DNA of 60,447 nucleotides, from NCBI GenBank assembly GCA_007132185.1, contig SLPC01000048.1:1-60447 (forward strand). Reading direction: 5' to 3'. Position 1 is the first letter of the stretch. Every line of letters begins with the position of its first letter. Positions 20,410 through 30,133 of the stretch are shown here, in pieces. The position numbers and the translations under genes are program-made. A model generated the notes under the pieces. That model searched no databases. It was not told where the DNA came from and saw only the letters and a list, made by a program, of their open reading frames with translations. The stretch comes from Anaerolineae bacterium (lineage in GTDB: Bacteria; Chloroflexota; Anaerolineae; UBA1429).

Positions 20410-20498
20410 GGCGGCACGACCCGAGCGGGGTCCGCAGGCGGCACATGGTGTACCCCAGGGGAGCATATCCGGCGTCGTTGTGACATCCGGGGCGATCG

Positions 20499-21161
20499 GT
20501 GATACAATCGATCCCAATTATGACTAGACTATCGCCCTTTGCACTGGTCTACCTGCTCGGCCTATCCCTTGGGTCGTTGATCCTTGTGGGACATGCCCGA
20601 CAACGAGATCGGGCGGCCGTGCTGGAGGACCGCACCACGCCCCTGGATCGCATTCTGACCGCGCTGCCGGCCCTGGGGATGTTCATAGCGCCCGCCCTGG
20701 CCACCTGGTCTCCCTGGCTGCGTTGGGCCGACTATTCCCTCGATGGTTGGGCCATGCTCTCCGGCATCCTTCTGTTTGGCCTGGGGCTCTGGCTCCTGTG
20801 GCGGGCCCATGTCGATCTGGGGCGTTACTGGTCGGCGGGGCTGCAGATCCGCCAGGGGCAGCATGTGGTCACCGATGGCATCTTTCGTCACATACGCCAC
20901 CCTCTGTATGCCGGCTACCTGCTATGGGGGCTGGCGCAGCCCTGGCTGATCCACAACTGGGTCGGCGGGCTCTCGATGTTGGCCACGTTTCTCCCCGTCT
21001 ATCTGTACCGCATAGAGCGTGAGGAGCGTATGATGGCGCTCCACTTTGCCCAATACGCGACCTACGCCGAGGCGAGTGATCGTCTCTTCCCGTTCAAGTC
21101 CATTGGGCGTCTCATGGCAGGGGATCGCTTCCGGATGCTCAGGTGGCCGTGGCGGGAATAG
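20499..21161 (+). CDS. Isoprenylcysteine carboxyl methyltransferase (ICMT/PEMT-like) family membrane protein
   Basis: Multi-TM protein with the family motif VVTDGIFRHIRHPLYAGYLLWGLA. The start could instead be the internal ATG (MTRLS). Confidence 0.7.
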   Translation: MIQSIPIMTRLSPFALVYLLGLSLGSLILVGHARQRDRAAVLEDRTTPLDRILTALPALGMFIAPALATWSPWLRWADYSLDGWAMLSGILLFGLGLWLLWRAHVDLGRYWSAGLQIRQGQHVVTDGIFRHIRHPLYAGYLLWGLAQPWLIHNWVGGLSMLATFLPVYLYRIEREERMMALHFAQYATYAEASDRLFPFKSIGRLMAGDRFRMLRWPWRE

Positions 21162-22066
21162 ACCTGCAGCAAGCGGCAGCGTGGGCCGCCCAGGCCCTGG
21201 GGCTGTCTGCTGAGAGCCTCACGCTGCATCCTATGGCGGGGGCGACCTCCTCCAGCGTCTATGCTGTCCGAGGAAAAGATCCCGAGGGTGCGCCAGAGCT
21301 GGTGCTGCGCCTTTTTACCAACGGCCCGTGGCTTGCCGAGGAACCCGACCTTGCGCGCCATGAGGCTGCCGCCCTTGAGGAGATTGCCCAAACGGACATC
21401 ATGGCCCCCAAGCTCGTAGCGTGGGATGAAACGGGTGAGGTCTGCGGGGTGCCTGCCGTGCTCATGACCCGCGTGCCGGGCCGCGTCCTGCTGCGGCCTG
21501 TGGACCTGGATGCCTGGCTGTGGCAGCTAGCAGCCGCCATTCTGCCGGTCCATCGCCACAATGCCACAGATTTACCCTGGGAGCGCAAGCTCTATAACGT
21601 CCTTGATACCCTCGAGCCGCCACCCTGGTCGCCGCTCCCGCGTCTCTGGCTACGAGCGCTGAACTACTTGCGGCGCACCTCACCTCCCCAAGAGGGCTGG
21701 GTCCTTATCCACCGGGACTATTGCCCCACCAACGTACTTTGGCAGGGAGAAGCCGTAAGCGGCATCATAGACTGGGTCAATGCCTGTCGCGGGCCCATAG
21801 GCATCGACATTGCGCGATGCCGCGCTAATCTGGTGGTCTTGCATGGTCTTGCGGCGGCAGATCGCTTCCTGCAGGCTTATCAGTCTATGGCTGGCAGTGG
21901 TTGGCGCTATGATCCCTACTGGGAACTGGCCAATCTGGCCGATATGCTGCCCGACCCCGATGCCGTTCGCAAAGGCTGGCACCCCCACGGCGTGCGCGAC
22001 ATCTCCGCCCCGTTGGCTCGGTTGCGCGTGGACGCCTATCTGGCCAGCATTGTGGCAATGACCTAG
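21143..22066 (+). CDS. Aminoglycoside/choline-kinase-like phosphotransferase (APH family)
   Basis: Catalytic loop LIHRDYCPTNVLW and IIDWVNA. GTG start; the exact start is uncertain. Confidence 0.7.
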   Translation: MAVAGIDLQQAAAWAAQALGLSAESLTLHPMAGATSSSVYAVRGKDPEGAPELVLRLFTNGPWLAEEPDLARHEAAALEEIAQTDIMAPKLVAWDETGEVCGVPAVLMTRVPGRVLLRPVDLDAWLWQLAAAILPVHRHNATDLPWERKLYNVLDTLEPPPWSPLPRLWLRALNYLRRTSPPQEGWVLIHRDYCPTNVLWQGEAVSGIIDWVNACRGPIGIDIARCRANLVVLHGLAAADRFLQAYQSMAGSGWRYDPYWELANLADMLPDPDAVRKGWHPHGVRDISAPLARLRVDAYLASIVAMT

Positions 22067-22094
22067 CGCCAAGACCTCTGGCAGTCACACAGGC

Positions 22095-22134
22095 ACAGAC
22101 AGGCAAGGACCCCGGTGAGCCCGTGCCTGTCTGT
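22095..22134. terminator. 11-bp hairpin between convergent APH-like and ferredoxin genes
   Basis: ACAGACAGGCA (22095-22105) and TGCCTGTCTGT (22124-22134), separated by an 18-nt loop. Confidence 0.45.
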
Positions 22135-22161
22135 TACGAATGCGTCAGCCCTGTGGCGGGC

Positions 22162-22383
22162 CTAGCTGACGTGAATGATCTCGACCGGGCAGCTGTCGGC
22201 GCCATCGACGGCGCAATCCTCAAGGTCTTCGGGAACCTCGCCCTCTGCCTGATCGCCATCAACCTGGTACTCGGACACGATCTGGGTAAGCCCGTCGTCG
22301 CTTTCCTCATAGATCTCCGGGCAGGTCGACCAGCATGCCCCGCAGGAAATACACTCGTCACGATCGATAGTAATGCTTGCCAT
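22162..22383 (-). CDS. Small iron-sulfur ferredoxin
   Basis: 73 aa. CISCGACWSTCP plus a distal DSCPVEII, with an acidic composition. Confidence 0.85.
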   Translation of the reverse strand: MASITIDRDECISCGACWSTCPEIYEESDDGLTQIVSEYQVDGDQAEGEVPEDLEDCAVDGADSCPVEIIHVS

Positions 22384-22600
22384 GAAAACCGTCTCCTTCT
22401 GTCTTTTGACTGTTTGGGCTGTGCCCCGCTGGCTCAGACCGTACCGATCATACTACAAGTCCCCCATTAGGACAACCCCCGAAACGCCCTGTCGCTCATC
22501 AACCGCTAGTTCAGCCCCTTTTTGCCCATGCACTTGATCAAACGTCCTGAGCAGGCTACACTCGACGGTACAGTGAGAGCTACACTTTTTGGGGAGGCGC

Positions 22601-24136
22601 ATGATGGCGTATCTGATGGGAATAGACGTTGGCACCACGGGCACCAAGACCCTGTTGATTGACGAGACGGGCACTCTGGTTGCCAGCGCCGTCGACGAAT
22701 ACCCGATGTACACACCTCGCCCCCAGTGGGCCGAGCAGGAGCCCGAAGACTGGTGGCAAGCGACCATCGCCTCGGTGCGCCAAGTGCTCAAGAGCTCGGG
22801 TATCGCGGCAGACGAGATCAGCGGCATCGGGCTCACGGGCCAGATGCATGGCATGGTGCTGCTGGATGCCGACGGGGAGGTTCTGCGGCCCTGCATCCTG
22901 TGGAATGATCAACGCACTGCCGCCCAATGCGAGTGGATCATGAACGTCGTGGGCCGTGAGCGCTTTTTGGATCTGACCCTCAACCCGGCGCTGCCCGGCT
23001 TTACCGCGCCCAAGATCATCTGGACCCGCGACCAGGAGCCCGATGTCTATGCCAAGGCCGCCAAGGTGCTTCTACCCAAGGACTATATCCGCTACCGCCT
23101 CACCGGCCTGTACGCCACCGAGGTATCAGACGCTTCGGGCACGGTACTGCTGGATGTGAGCCGGCGCCAGTGGAGTCAGGAGGTGCTGGATGAGCTGGGC
23201 ATTCCCATGGAGTGGATGCCCGAGTGTGTCGAGTCCATCGAGCAGACGGGCAGCATCTCGCAGACCGCCGCTGAGGCGACGGGCCTGGCGGCGGGGACAC
23301 CCGTGGTGGGCGGCGGTGGCGACCAGGCTGCCAGCGCGGTAGGCACGGGCGTTGTCGAGCCGGGCCTCGTCTCGGTCACATTGGGAACCTCTGGCGTGGT
23401 CTTTGCCTACACCGACGAGCCCAGCCGCGATCCGCTGGGGCGCCTGCACACCTTTTGCCACGCCGTGCCCAACAAGTGGCACGTCATGGGCGTGACCCTC
23501 TCCGCGGGCGGATCGTTCCGCTGGTTCCGTGACGCCTTGGGCCAGGCCGAGGGCACCATCGCGCGTCTGACCGGCGTCGACCCCTATGTGATCCTGACTG
23601 CCGAAGCCGAGCAGGCGCCGGTGGGCTGCGAGGGGCTCTACTTTATGCCATACCTCACGGGCGAGCGCACGCCCTATGCCGACCCCAATGCTCGAGGCAG
23701 CTTTGTGGGACTCACGGTGCGACACGACAAGCGCCACATGGTGCGCGCGGTGCTGGAGGGTGTCGCCTATAGCCTGCGCGATTGCATCGAGCTATTCCGC
23801 GACCTGGACGTCCCAATCCAGCAAGTGCGGGCGGTGGGTGGTGGGGCACGCAGCGCAGCGTGGCGCCTGATCCTGGCCGATATCTTTGGCACCGAGCTGG
23901 TCACCATCAATGTCACCGATAGCACTGCCTATGGCGGGGCGCTTTTGGCCGGCGTAGGCACGGGCGTCTATGACAGCGTGCCCGAGGCCTGCGCCCAGAC
24001 CATCCACATCGTGGACCGCACCGAGCCGATTGCCGAGCATGTCAAGACCTATGACGAGGCCTACCCCGTCTATCAGTCGCTGTATCATGCCCTCAAGCCG
24101 GCCTACGACGCTATCGCTGAGAGGGACGCCGACTAA
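22601..24136 (+). CDS. xylB: Xylulokinase (FGGY carbohydrate kinase)
   Basis: Motifs GIDVGTTGTKTLL, GLTGQMHG, GGGDQAASAVGTG, GGGARS. ATG 22601 follows GGGGAGG at 22591-22597. The ORF-track start at 22589 is a TTG. Confidence 0.85.
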   Translation: MMAYLMGIDVGTTGTKTLLIDETGTLVASAVDEYPMYTPRPQWAEQEPEDWWQATIASVRQVLKSSGIAADEISGIGLTGQMHGMVLLDADGEVLRPCILWNDQRTAAQCEWIMNVVGRERFLDLTLNPALPGFTAPKIIWTRDQEPDVYAKAAKVLLPKDYIRYRLTGLYATEVSDASGTVLLDVSRRQWSQEVLDELGIPMEWMPECVESIEQTGSISQTAAEATGLAAGTPVVGGGGDQAASAVGTGVVEPGLVSVTLGTSGVVFAYTDEPSRDPLGRLHTFCHAVPNKWHVMGVTLSAGGSFRWFRDALGQAEGTIARLTGVDPYVILTAEAEQAPVGCEGLYFMPYLTGERTPYADPNARGSFVGLTVRHDKRHMVRAVLEGVAYSLRDCIELFRDLDVPIQQVRAVGGGARSAAWRLILADIFGTELVTINVTDSTAYGGALLAGVGTGVYDSVPEACAQTIHIVDRTEPIAEHVKTYDEAYPVYQSLYHALKPAYDAIAERDAD

Positions 24137-24150
24137 CAGCCGGTAGCAGG

Positions 24151-24192
24151 AGACAGGAGATGGCGCGCGATCGAGTGCGCCATCTCCTGTCT
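24151..24192. terminator. Perfect 16-bp hairpin between convergent xylB and an oxidoreductase gene
   Basis: AGACAGGAGATGGCGC-10 nt-GCGCCATCTCCTGTCT. Confidence 0.6.
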
Positions 24193-24217
24193 TGCTATAG
24201 CTCCCGCCCCTTCCAGA

Positions 24218-25363
24218 TCAGTGATGCACAGTGTCCGTGACACGCAGGTCGGGGCCCTGGTCGCCCTTGCCAAAGCTCGAGGTGGCCACCAGGCTCGCCA
24301 AAAAGGCGTCATACCGCTCTCGATTCACCGGCACGTCAACGGGCTCTTCGGCATGACCTGAGAGGATGACGGCGTTGATCATCTCGACAGTGTTACGCCC
24401 CTCGACGCCGGGGGCCAGCAGCTCTTCACCATGCAGCATATGGCGGGCCATGTTGCGCAGGATGGCGATATGGCCCGACTCGCGTTCGGGGATATCGACC
24501 GGCACCTCGACCACGTCGGGGCGGGTCCACATCTCGGTAGAAGAGTCACTGAACCCCTTGACGCCCTCGGGCACCTCCCAGAAACGCAGTTCGGTGCCAA
24601 TCACCTGCAGCTTGCCCTTTTCGCCCGCAAGCTCCAGGATGTCGGTGCTGGGCGCCTCGTTGGTGCAGCAATAGATGTAGCCCACGGCGCCATTAGGGTA
24701 CTCGAGGAGCGCTCCGGCCACATCCTCCACCTCGATCACATGCCCCTTGGTAGCCGTGTGCCCGGTCACGCGACTGGGCAGGCCGCCCAGCCAGGTAAAG
24801 AGATCGATCGAGTGGGGCGCCTGGTTGATGAGGACGCCGCCGCCCTCGCCGCCCCAGGTGGCGCGCCAGCCCGCCGAGTTATAGTAGGCCTGGCTGCGAA
24901 AGTCGGCGTACACCAGCATGGTGCGATAGATCTCGCCCAGCCGCCCCTCGGACACCAGCTTCCACGCTGCCTGCCACACCGGCTCGCTGCGTCGCTGGTG
25001 CATCACGGCAAAGGGAGTGCCGGTACGCTCATGGGCTGCAACCATTTCGTCGGCTGCCGACACCGTGACAGAGATCGGCTTTTCGCAGACCACCGGCTTG
25101 CCCTGCTCCATAGCATAGATCGAGATCTCGGGGTGGGCATAGTGGGGTGTGGCCACGACGATGGCGTCAACGTCATCGCGATCCACCAGGTCATGGAAAT
25201 CTATCAAATAGGGCACGTTGAACTCTTCACCCACGCTTTCGGCAACCTCGGGCACAATATCACACACCGCCGATAGCTCGCACTCGTCGATGCGCTGCAT
25301 GGTGCGCGCATGCCCCGTGCCCATGCCCCCAACGCCAACGATTCCGTAACGCACGCGTTCCAT
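24218..25363 (-). CDS. Gfo/Idh/MocA family oxidoreductase
   Basis: N-terminal Rossmann YGIVGVGGMGTGH and the EKP motif (VVCEKPISV). Confidence 0.85.
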   Translation of the reverse strand: MERVRYGIVGVGGMGTGHARTMQRIDECELSAVCDIVPEVAESVGEEFNVPYLIDFHDLVDRDDVDAIVVATPHYAHPEISIYAMEQGKPVVCEKPISVTVSAADEMVAAHERTGTPFAVMHQRRSEPVWQAAWKLVSEGRLGEIYRTMLVYADFRSQAYYNSAGWRATWGGEGGGVLINQAPHSIDLFTWLGGLPSRVTGHTATKGHVIEVEDVAGALLEYPNGAVGYIYCCTNEAPSTDILELAGEKGKLQVIGTELRFWEVPEGVKGFSDSSTEMWTRPDVVEVPVDIPERESGHIAILRNMARHMLHGEELLAPGVEGRNTVEMINAVILSGHAEEPVDVPVNRERYDAFLASLVATSSFGKGDQGPDLRVTDTVHH

Positions 25364-25406
25364 TATATAACTCCTTTGTCTCCCGACTCGTTGAATCCAC
25401 GGAAAC

Positions 25407-26450
25407 TTACCAGGTGCCCTGCCTGACTAGGACGCACAGTCCCGCATGGGGCAGGTTCTCCAGCAACAGCTCCAGATCGCTCTCTTCCATCGGGCCATCC
25501 ACAATGAGCGCCTTGGCATCCAGAATACGGCGAAAGGCCGGCAGCAGCTCTACCAGCGGCGGGCTACTGGGCGGCGGATCGATGCTCACTTGCACCGCCT
25601 GGGGTTTGGGCGCTGCCAGAATCGGATCGAGCACGTGCAGCGAGCCCGAATGCAAGTGGATGACAGCATAGTCGGCTGCCTCGCAGGTGGCAGCATCATG
25701 GGGCCAGATCCACTCGGCGTATTGCCGGGGTGACAAAAAGGCCGAGGCATCACACTGGGCCCGCACCACCGTGCCTGGAGCCCAGATCCCAAAGGGGTTC
25801 ACCATTCCGCCCTGTATGCGCGGCAGGCCTGCAAGCTGGTCGCCAAGCACCTCGACGAATAGCTCTGTGGCCTCGTCCAGGAAGGCCGCCAGCTCCTGCG
25901 GGTGATCATACAACGAGTAGCTCATCAGCTCGGGGCCCAGCGCCGCCTCGGCCAGGTCCGACGGACCGCGCATCAGAGTCTGGGTGATGGCGATGTTGCC
26001 AGAAGCACGCTCCACCATCCGCTCGAGCAGCGCAGCCAATGTCTCGCGCCAGGCCGCCCCCTGAGAGCGGTCCACCGTGGGCCACTGGTCCCAGGTATCA
26101 ATCAGCTTGAGCGCCCGCATGCTACCCCCTTGGATGGTGGCATGGATGGGGCAGCCCAAAATAGCCTCTACCCAGGGCACGCGCACATAGGGGGCGTCGT
26201 TGTCGATCACGTCCTCGACAAAGCGCAAGGCGCCCGGGGAGCGTTGCGGCCCCGCCAGCCGATCCAGATCGAGCATCTCGGGGCTGAGCCGCATGTCCTT
26301 GCGGGCGACGGTGCCATCTGCCAGCGGTAGCCAGAGGTCGCCGAGGCCGGGATGCGCCCTGCGCGAGACCAGGAGCGCCCGCCCGCGCCACCAGGCCTCG
26401 TGTTGTGCGAGCCGCTCGTCAAGCGATGGTACAGCGTTCATACGGTTCAA
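25407..26450 (-). CDS. Uncharacterised protein (possibly uroporphyrinogen-decarboxylase-like TIM barrel; tentative)
   Basis: 347-aa ORF with good coding composition, in an operon between a dehydratase and an oxidoreductase. I could read no diagnostic motif. There is a weak resemblance (AVIHLHSGS) to the protein at 58086-59213 (THIHLDGY). Confidence 0.6.
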   Translation of the reverse strand: MNRMNAVPSLDERLAQHEAWWRGRALLVSRRAHPGLGDLWLPLADGTVARKDMRLSPEMLDLDRLAGPQRSPGALRFVEDVIDNDAPYVRVPWVEAILGCPIHATIQGGSMRALKLIDTWDQWPTVDRSQGAAWRETLAALLERMVERASGNIAITQTLMRGPSDLAEAALGPELMSYSLYDHPQELAAFLDEATELFVEVLGDQLAGLPRIQGGMVNPFGIWAPGTVVRAQCDASAFLSPRQYAEWIWPHDAATCEAADYAVIHLHSGSLHVLDPILAAPKPQAVQVSIDPPPSSPPLVELLPAFRRILDAKALIVDGPMEESDLELLLENLPHAGLCVLVRQGTW

Positions 26451-26514
26451 CCTCCCCGGCCTGCAGCCACTGATAGGCTGTCCGAGCCACGGGCCAGCGT
26501 GCGGCCCGGTGCGG

Positions 26515-27714
26515 TTAGCGCCAGTTGAGCGTCGTGCGAGCTTGGATGCGCTCTTCGTCCAGCTCGATCCCCAATCCCGGCTGATCAGGCAGCCGCATCA
26601 TACCGCCCTCGGGCATGAACTTTGTCCTATGAAACCATTGTTTCTGCGGATTGAACTTGATCAGATACTCGAGCCACGGGCAGGTCTCGGGCGACTGGGC
26701 CGCGATCAGGTGCAGGGCCGGCAGCACTGAATGCCCATGGGGAATGACCGGCTTGTCAAAGGCCGAGGCCAGCGCGCAGATTTTGACCATCTCGCTGATC
26801 CCGCCGGTCCAATCGGGGTCGGCCTGCACCACGTCCACCGCCTCACTATCGAGCAACACCTTGAACCCCCACCGAGTGTACTCGTGCTCGCCGCCGGCGA
26901 TGGGGATGCCTGCCCTGCGCCGAATCTCGGCATAGGCCCCGATGCGGTCCGGTGCCACGGGCTCCTCGAGCCAGCGGGGCTGGTACTGGGCCATGGCGCG
27001 ACCCATCTCGACGGCATAGTTCACATCCCAGCCTAGCCAGGCGTCAAACATCAGATCCACGTCGTTTCCCACCGCCTCGCGCGCCGTACGCACAATCAGC
27101 AGGTTGCGCTCCATGCCTGCGCGGCCATCGCCCGGCCCATGGGGAAAGAACCATTTCTGCGCCACATAACCCTCTCGCTTGAATGCCACGGCCTGCTCAT
27201 AGACCTTGTCGGGCTCGATGGCAAAACCCAGGGCGCTGGCGTAGGCAGGCACCGCGTCACGAGTGGGCCCGCCCAGGAGACGATACACGGGCAGGCCCAG
27301 GGCCTTGCCACGGATATCCCACAGGCACATGTCAATGGCGCTGATGGCCATCATCATATAGCCTTTGCGGGCGTGGCGATCCTGCCGCGAGAGCACATCC
27401 CAGAGACGTTCGCTGGCCAGGGGATCGCGCCCGATCAGGTGCTGACGCAGGTGCATCTCGATCTGAAAGGCCTGATCCACATAGATGGGCCCAAAGAGAC
27501 CGGTAATGCCCTCATCCGTATCCACAAAGACGTACACTTCCGAGATCGGGACGATATCGTCCCGATCCTCTGACTGGGGATGGCGCGTGCCTCGGCTGCG
27601 ATACTCGGGATAGATATCGAGTGCGCCCACCTGTCGCGCGGCGGCCTGACCGGCCGACAGGGCGTACTCACCTTCCAGCCGCTCATATCGGATGTCGGTG
27701 ATCTTCACAAGCAA
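26515..27714 (-). CDS. Enolase-superfamily acid-sugar dehydratase (L-rhamnonate dehydratase-like, mandelate racemase subgroup)
   Basis: Motifs AIDMCLWDIRGKALGLPVYRLLGG, FPHGPGDG, MFDAWLGWDVNYA, WLEEP, AGGEHEY, VVQADPDWTGGISE, IPHGHSV. Confidence 0.8.
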   Translation of the reverse strand: MLVKITDIRYERLEGEYALSAGQAAARQVGALDIYPEYRSRGTRHPQSEDRDDIVPISEVYVFVDTDEGITGLFGPIYVDQAFQIEMHLRQHLIGRDPLASERLWDVLSRQDRHARKGYMMMAISAIDMCLWDIRGKALGLPVYRLLGGPTRDAVPAYASALGFAIEPDKVYEQAVAFKREGYVAQKWFFPHGPGDGRAGMERNLLIVRTAREAVGNDVDLMFDAWLGWDVNYAVEMGRAMAQYQPRWLEEPVAPDRIGAYAEIRRRAGIPIAGGEHEYTRWGFKVLLDSEAVDVVQADPDWTGGISEMVKICALASAFDKPVIPHGHSVLPALHLIAAQSPETCPWLEYLIKFNPQKQWFHRTKFMPEGGMMRLPDQPGLGIELDEERIQARTTLNWR

Positions 27715-27738
27715 CCTCCTGGTAGAATGGTCATGTCC

Positions 27739-27767
27739 ATTGTAGAGAATCGCACGCTACCGGGCAA
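27739..27767 (-). promoter_or_regulatory. Candidate promoter of the dehydratase operon
   Basis: On the minus strand: TTGCCC (27767-27762), 17-nt spacer, TACAAT (27744-27739). Confidence 0.45.
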
Positions 27768-27805
27768 CCTCGCCATCGGGCAGGGTCGCTCATCCCTGGT
27801 GCGGT

Positions 27806-27838
27806 AGAGAAAAGCCTGGGAAGGTATGCTCCCCAGGC
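27806..27838 (-). terminator. Intrinsic terminator after phoU
   Basis: On the minus strand: GCCTGGG-11 nt-CCCAGGC followed by TTTTCTCT. Confidence 0.55.
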
Positions 27839-27857
27839 CGGTTATCTTACGATGGCG

Positions 27858-28538
27858 CTAACTAGGGTATTGGTCTTGGCCGGGTGTCTTGAGATCGCCC
27901 AGCGTGCCCGTGACAAAGAACACGATCCGTTCACAGATGTTGGTCACACGATCGGCGGCGCGCTCCAGATTGTGGGCTGCCCAAAGCAGCAGGTTTGCTT
28001 GCTCCGCCTTGGAGGGATCAGCAAAAACGATCGTCATCAACTCACGCCGCACCTGATTGTAAAGGTCATCCACCTCATCATCCTCATTGGCGATTGCGAT
28101 GGCGGCTTCCATATCGCGCTCGATGTATGCGGTCAATGCGCGCGTGAGCATATCGAGAGCCTTGTCAGCCATGCGCGGGATATCAAGCAAAGGCTTGATC
28201 AGTTCTTGGTCACCAATCAGAAGGTTGATACGGCTGATACCTTTGGCATAGTCGCCAGTACGCTCCAGCTCACGTATAAGATCCAGGATTGCCGCCAGAG
28301 CGCGCAAATCTCTACCGATCGGTTGCTGCGTTGCGATCAACACGAGCACGTCTGCCTCTATCTGAAACCGTTTCGCATTGATACGAGCATCATCCTCTAT
28401 GGTGCGCCGCGAACCTTCCAGATCGCGGGTGCGCAACTGCTCGACGGCATCACGCAGAGCGCGCTGGACCATATTGCCCAACTCGAGCACTTCGCTTTCC
28501 AAGCGCTGCATCTGGCTCTCAAACCGTCTTCTGAGCAT
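27858..28538 (-). CDS. phoU: Phosphate signalling complex protein PhoU
   Basis: Two PhoU repeats (EDDARINAKRFQIE...; NEDDEVDDLYNQV...), directly downstream of pstB. Confidence 0.9.
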   Translation of the reverse strand: MLRRRFESQMQRLESEVLELGNMVQRALRDAVEQLRTRDLEGSRRTIEDDARINAKRFQIEADVLVLIATQQPIGRDLRALAAILDLIRELERTGDYAKGISRINLLIGDQELIKPLLDIPRMADKALDMLTRALTAYIERDMEAAIAIANEDDEVDDLYNQVRRELMTIVFADPSKAEQANLLLWAAHNLERAADRVTNICERIVFFVTGTLGDLKTPGQDQYPS

Positions 28539-28573
28539 ACAACTCCTCTGGAGGGTGGAACCCTAGAGCTCCT

Positions 28574-29341
28574 CTAACCAAAGCGGCCGGTTATATAGTC
28601 TATAGTACGTTGATCCTGGGGCTGTGTAAAGATGCGGCCCGTATCCCCATACTCGATCAGCTTGCCAGTCTGCCCATCGTCGGTGAGAAAAAAGGCCGTC
28701 CAATCCGAGACCCGCGCGGCCTGCTGCATATTATGCGTCACAATCGCGATGGTATAGTCATCCACCAGCTCACGCATCAGGTCCTCGATACGTAGCGTCT
28801 CGATGGGGTCCAGCGCTGATGCAGGCTCATCCATCAGAATCACCTCGGGCCTGACAGCAATCACCCGCGCCAGGCAAAGCCTTTGTTGCTGCCCCAACGA
28901 CAGGGTGAGGGCATCTCGCTTGAGGGTGTCCCTGATCTCGCGCCACAGACCCACATCCTGTAGAGCCTGCTCGACGATATCATCGAGGCTTGCGTCCCGA
29001 TGCATGCCCAACACGCGCGGTCCAAACGCAACATTGTCATAGATCGATTGGGGAAACGGGTTGGGCCGCTGAAACACCATGCCCACCCGCTGGCGTAGTC
29101 GGACCACATCATACCCTGCGCTGTAGATATCCTCATCATCCAGGAGAATCTGTCCGGTTACATGGGCACTCTTGATCGAGTCGTTCATCCGATTCAGGCA
29201 CCGCAAAAAGGTGGACTTGCCACAGCCGGACGGCCCGATCAGCGCGGTAATCTTTCGCTCCTTGATCTCGACCGTTATATCGTCCAGTACGGGCTTGTCT
29301 CCGTACGTGACAGAGACATTCTGGCAATCCATTCTGGTCAT
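28574..29341 (-). CDS. pstB: Phosphate ABC transporter ATP-binding protein (copy 2)
   Basis: Walker [10 protein letters not shown], signature LSLGQQQR, Walker B ILMDEP, and the PstB-type C-terminus DYITGRFG. Confidence 0.92.
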   Translation of the reverse strand: MTRMDCQNVSVTYGDKPVLDDITVEIKERKITALIGPSGCGKSTFLRCLNRMNDSIKSAHVTGQILLDDEDIYSAGYDVVRLRQRVGMVFQRPNPFPQSIYDNVAFGPRVLGMHRDASLDDIVEQALQDVGLWREIRDTLKRDALTLSLGQQQRLCLARVIAVRPEVILMDEPASALDPIETLRIEDLMRELVDDYTIAIVTHNMQQAARVSDWTAFFLTDDGQTGKLIEYGDTGRIFTQPQDQRTIDYITGRFG

Positions 29342-29371
29342 CGAGTAGTCTCGTTCCTAGATTGGTTCGTG

Positions 29372-30133
29372 TCAGCCAAAGCGGCCAGTAATATAGTCCT
29401 CAGTACGTTTGTCCTTGGCCTGGGTGAACAGATCCGCGCCCGGGCCTGACTCGATCAGCTCCCCCATCAGGAAGAACGCTGCATAGTCCGCCACCCGCGC
29501 TCCCTGCTGCACGCTGTGGGGCACCAGGATAATGGTATACTGTTTTTTCAGCTCGAGAAGCGAGTGCTCTACCTTGGCCGTCGAGATGGGGTCGAGCCCA
29601 GAGGTGGGCTCGTCCAGAAGCAGGATCTCGGGCTCCAACGAAAGGCTTCGGGCAATGCAAAGACGCTGTTGTTGCCCGCCCGAAAACGAGCTGGCCGGTT
29701 GGTCGAGGCGATCCTTGACCTCGTCCCACAGGGCAGCTTGCTCCAGGCTGGTCTGTAACATCTCATCGAGCCGGCTTCGACTACGGACACCGGCGAGGCT
29801 GGGGCCATAGAGCACATTTTCACGCACAGTGCCTGGCAGCGGCAATGGTAGGGCAAAGACCATGCCCACACGCCGGCGCAACGCGGGCACATCGACGCCG
29901 GGGGCATAGATGTTCTCGTCATCGATCAGAATCTGGCCCGACATCGTCGTATTACCTACACGGTCGTTGAGGCGGTTGATCAGGCGTAATAGCGTGGTCT
30001 TGCCGCCCCCAGCAGGGCCAAAAAAAACCGTGACGGCATGTTCTGGCACGTCAAGGGAGATCCGGCTGAGCGCCTCAATCTGACCGTACCGATAGCTGAC
30101 ATCGCGAATCTGTATCTTGGGGTTGTCTACCAT
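29372..30133 (-). CDS. pstB: Phosphate ABC transporter ATP-binding protein (copy 1, more divergent)
   Basis: Walker A GPAGGGKTT, signature FSGGQQQR, Walker B LLLDEP, and C-terminus DYITGRFG. Confidence 0.88.
   Translation of the reverse strand: MVDNPKIQIRDVSYRYGQIEALSRISLDVPEHAVTVFFGPAGGGKTTLLRLINRLNDRVGNTTMSGQILIDDENIYAPGVDVPALRRRVGMVFALPLPLPGTVRENVLYGPSLAGVRSRSRLDEMLQTSLEQAALWDEVKDRLDQPASSFSGGQQQRLCIARSLSLEPEILLLDEPTSGLDPISTAKVEHSLLELKKQYTIILVPHSVQQGARVADYAAFFLMGELIESGPGADLFTQAKDKRTEDYITGRFG

Noticed and set aside
27852-28577. 241-aa plus-strand ORF overlapping phoU.
   Set aside because: The minus-strand reading gives a textbook PhoU in operon with pstB. The plus-strand product has no recognisable features.
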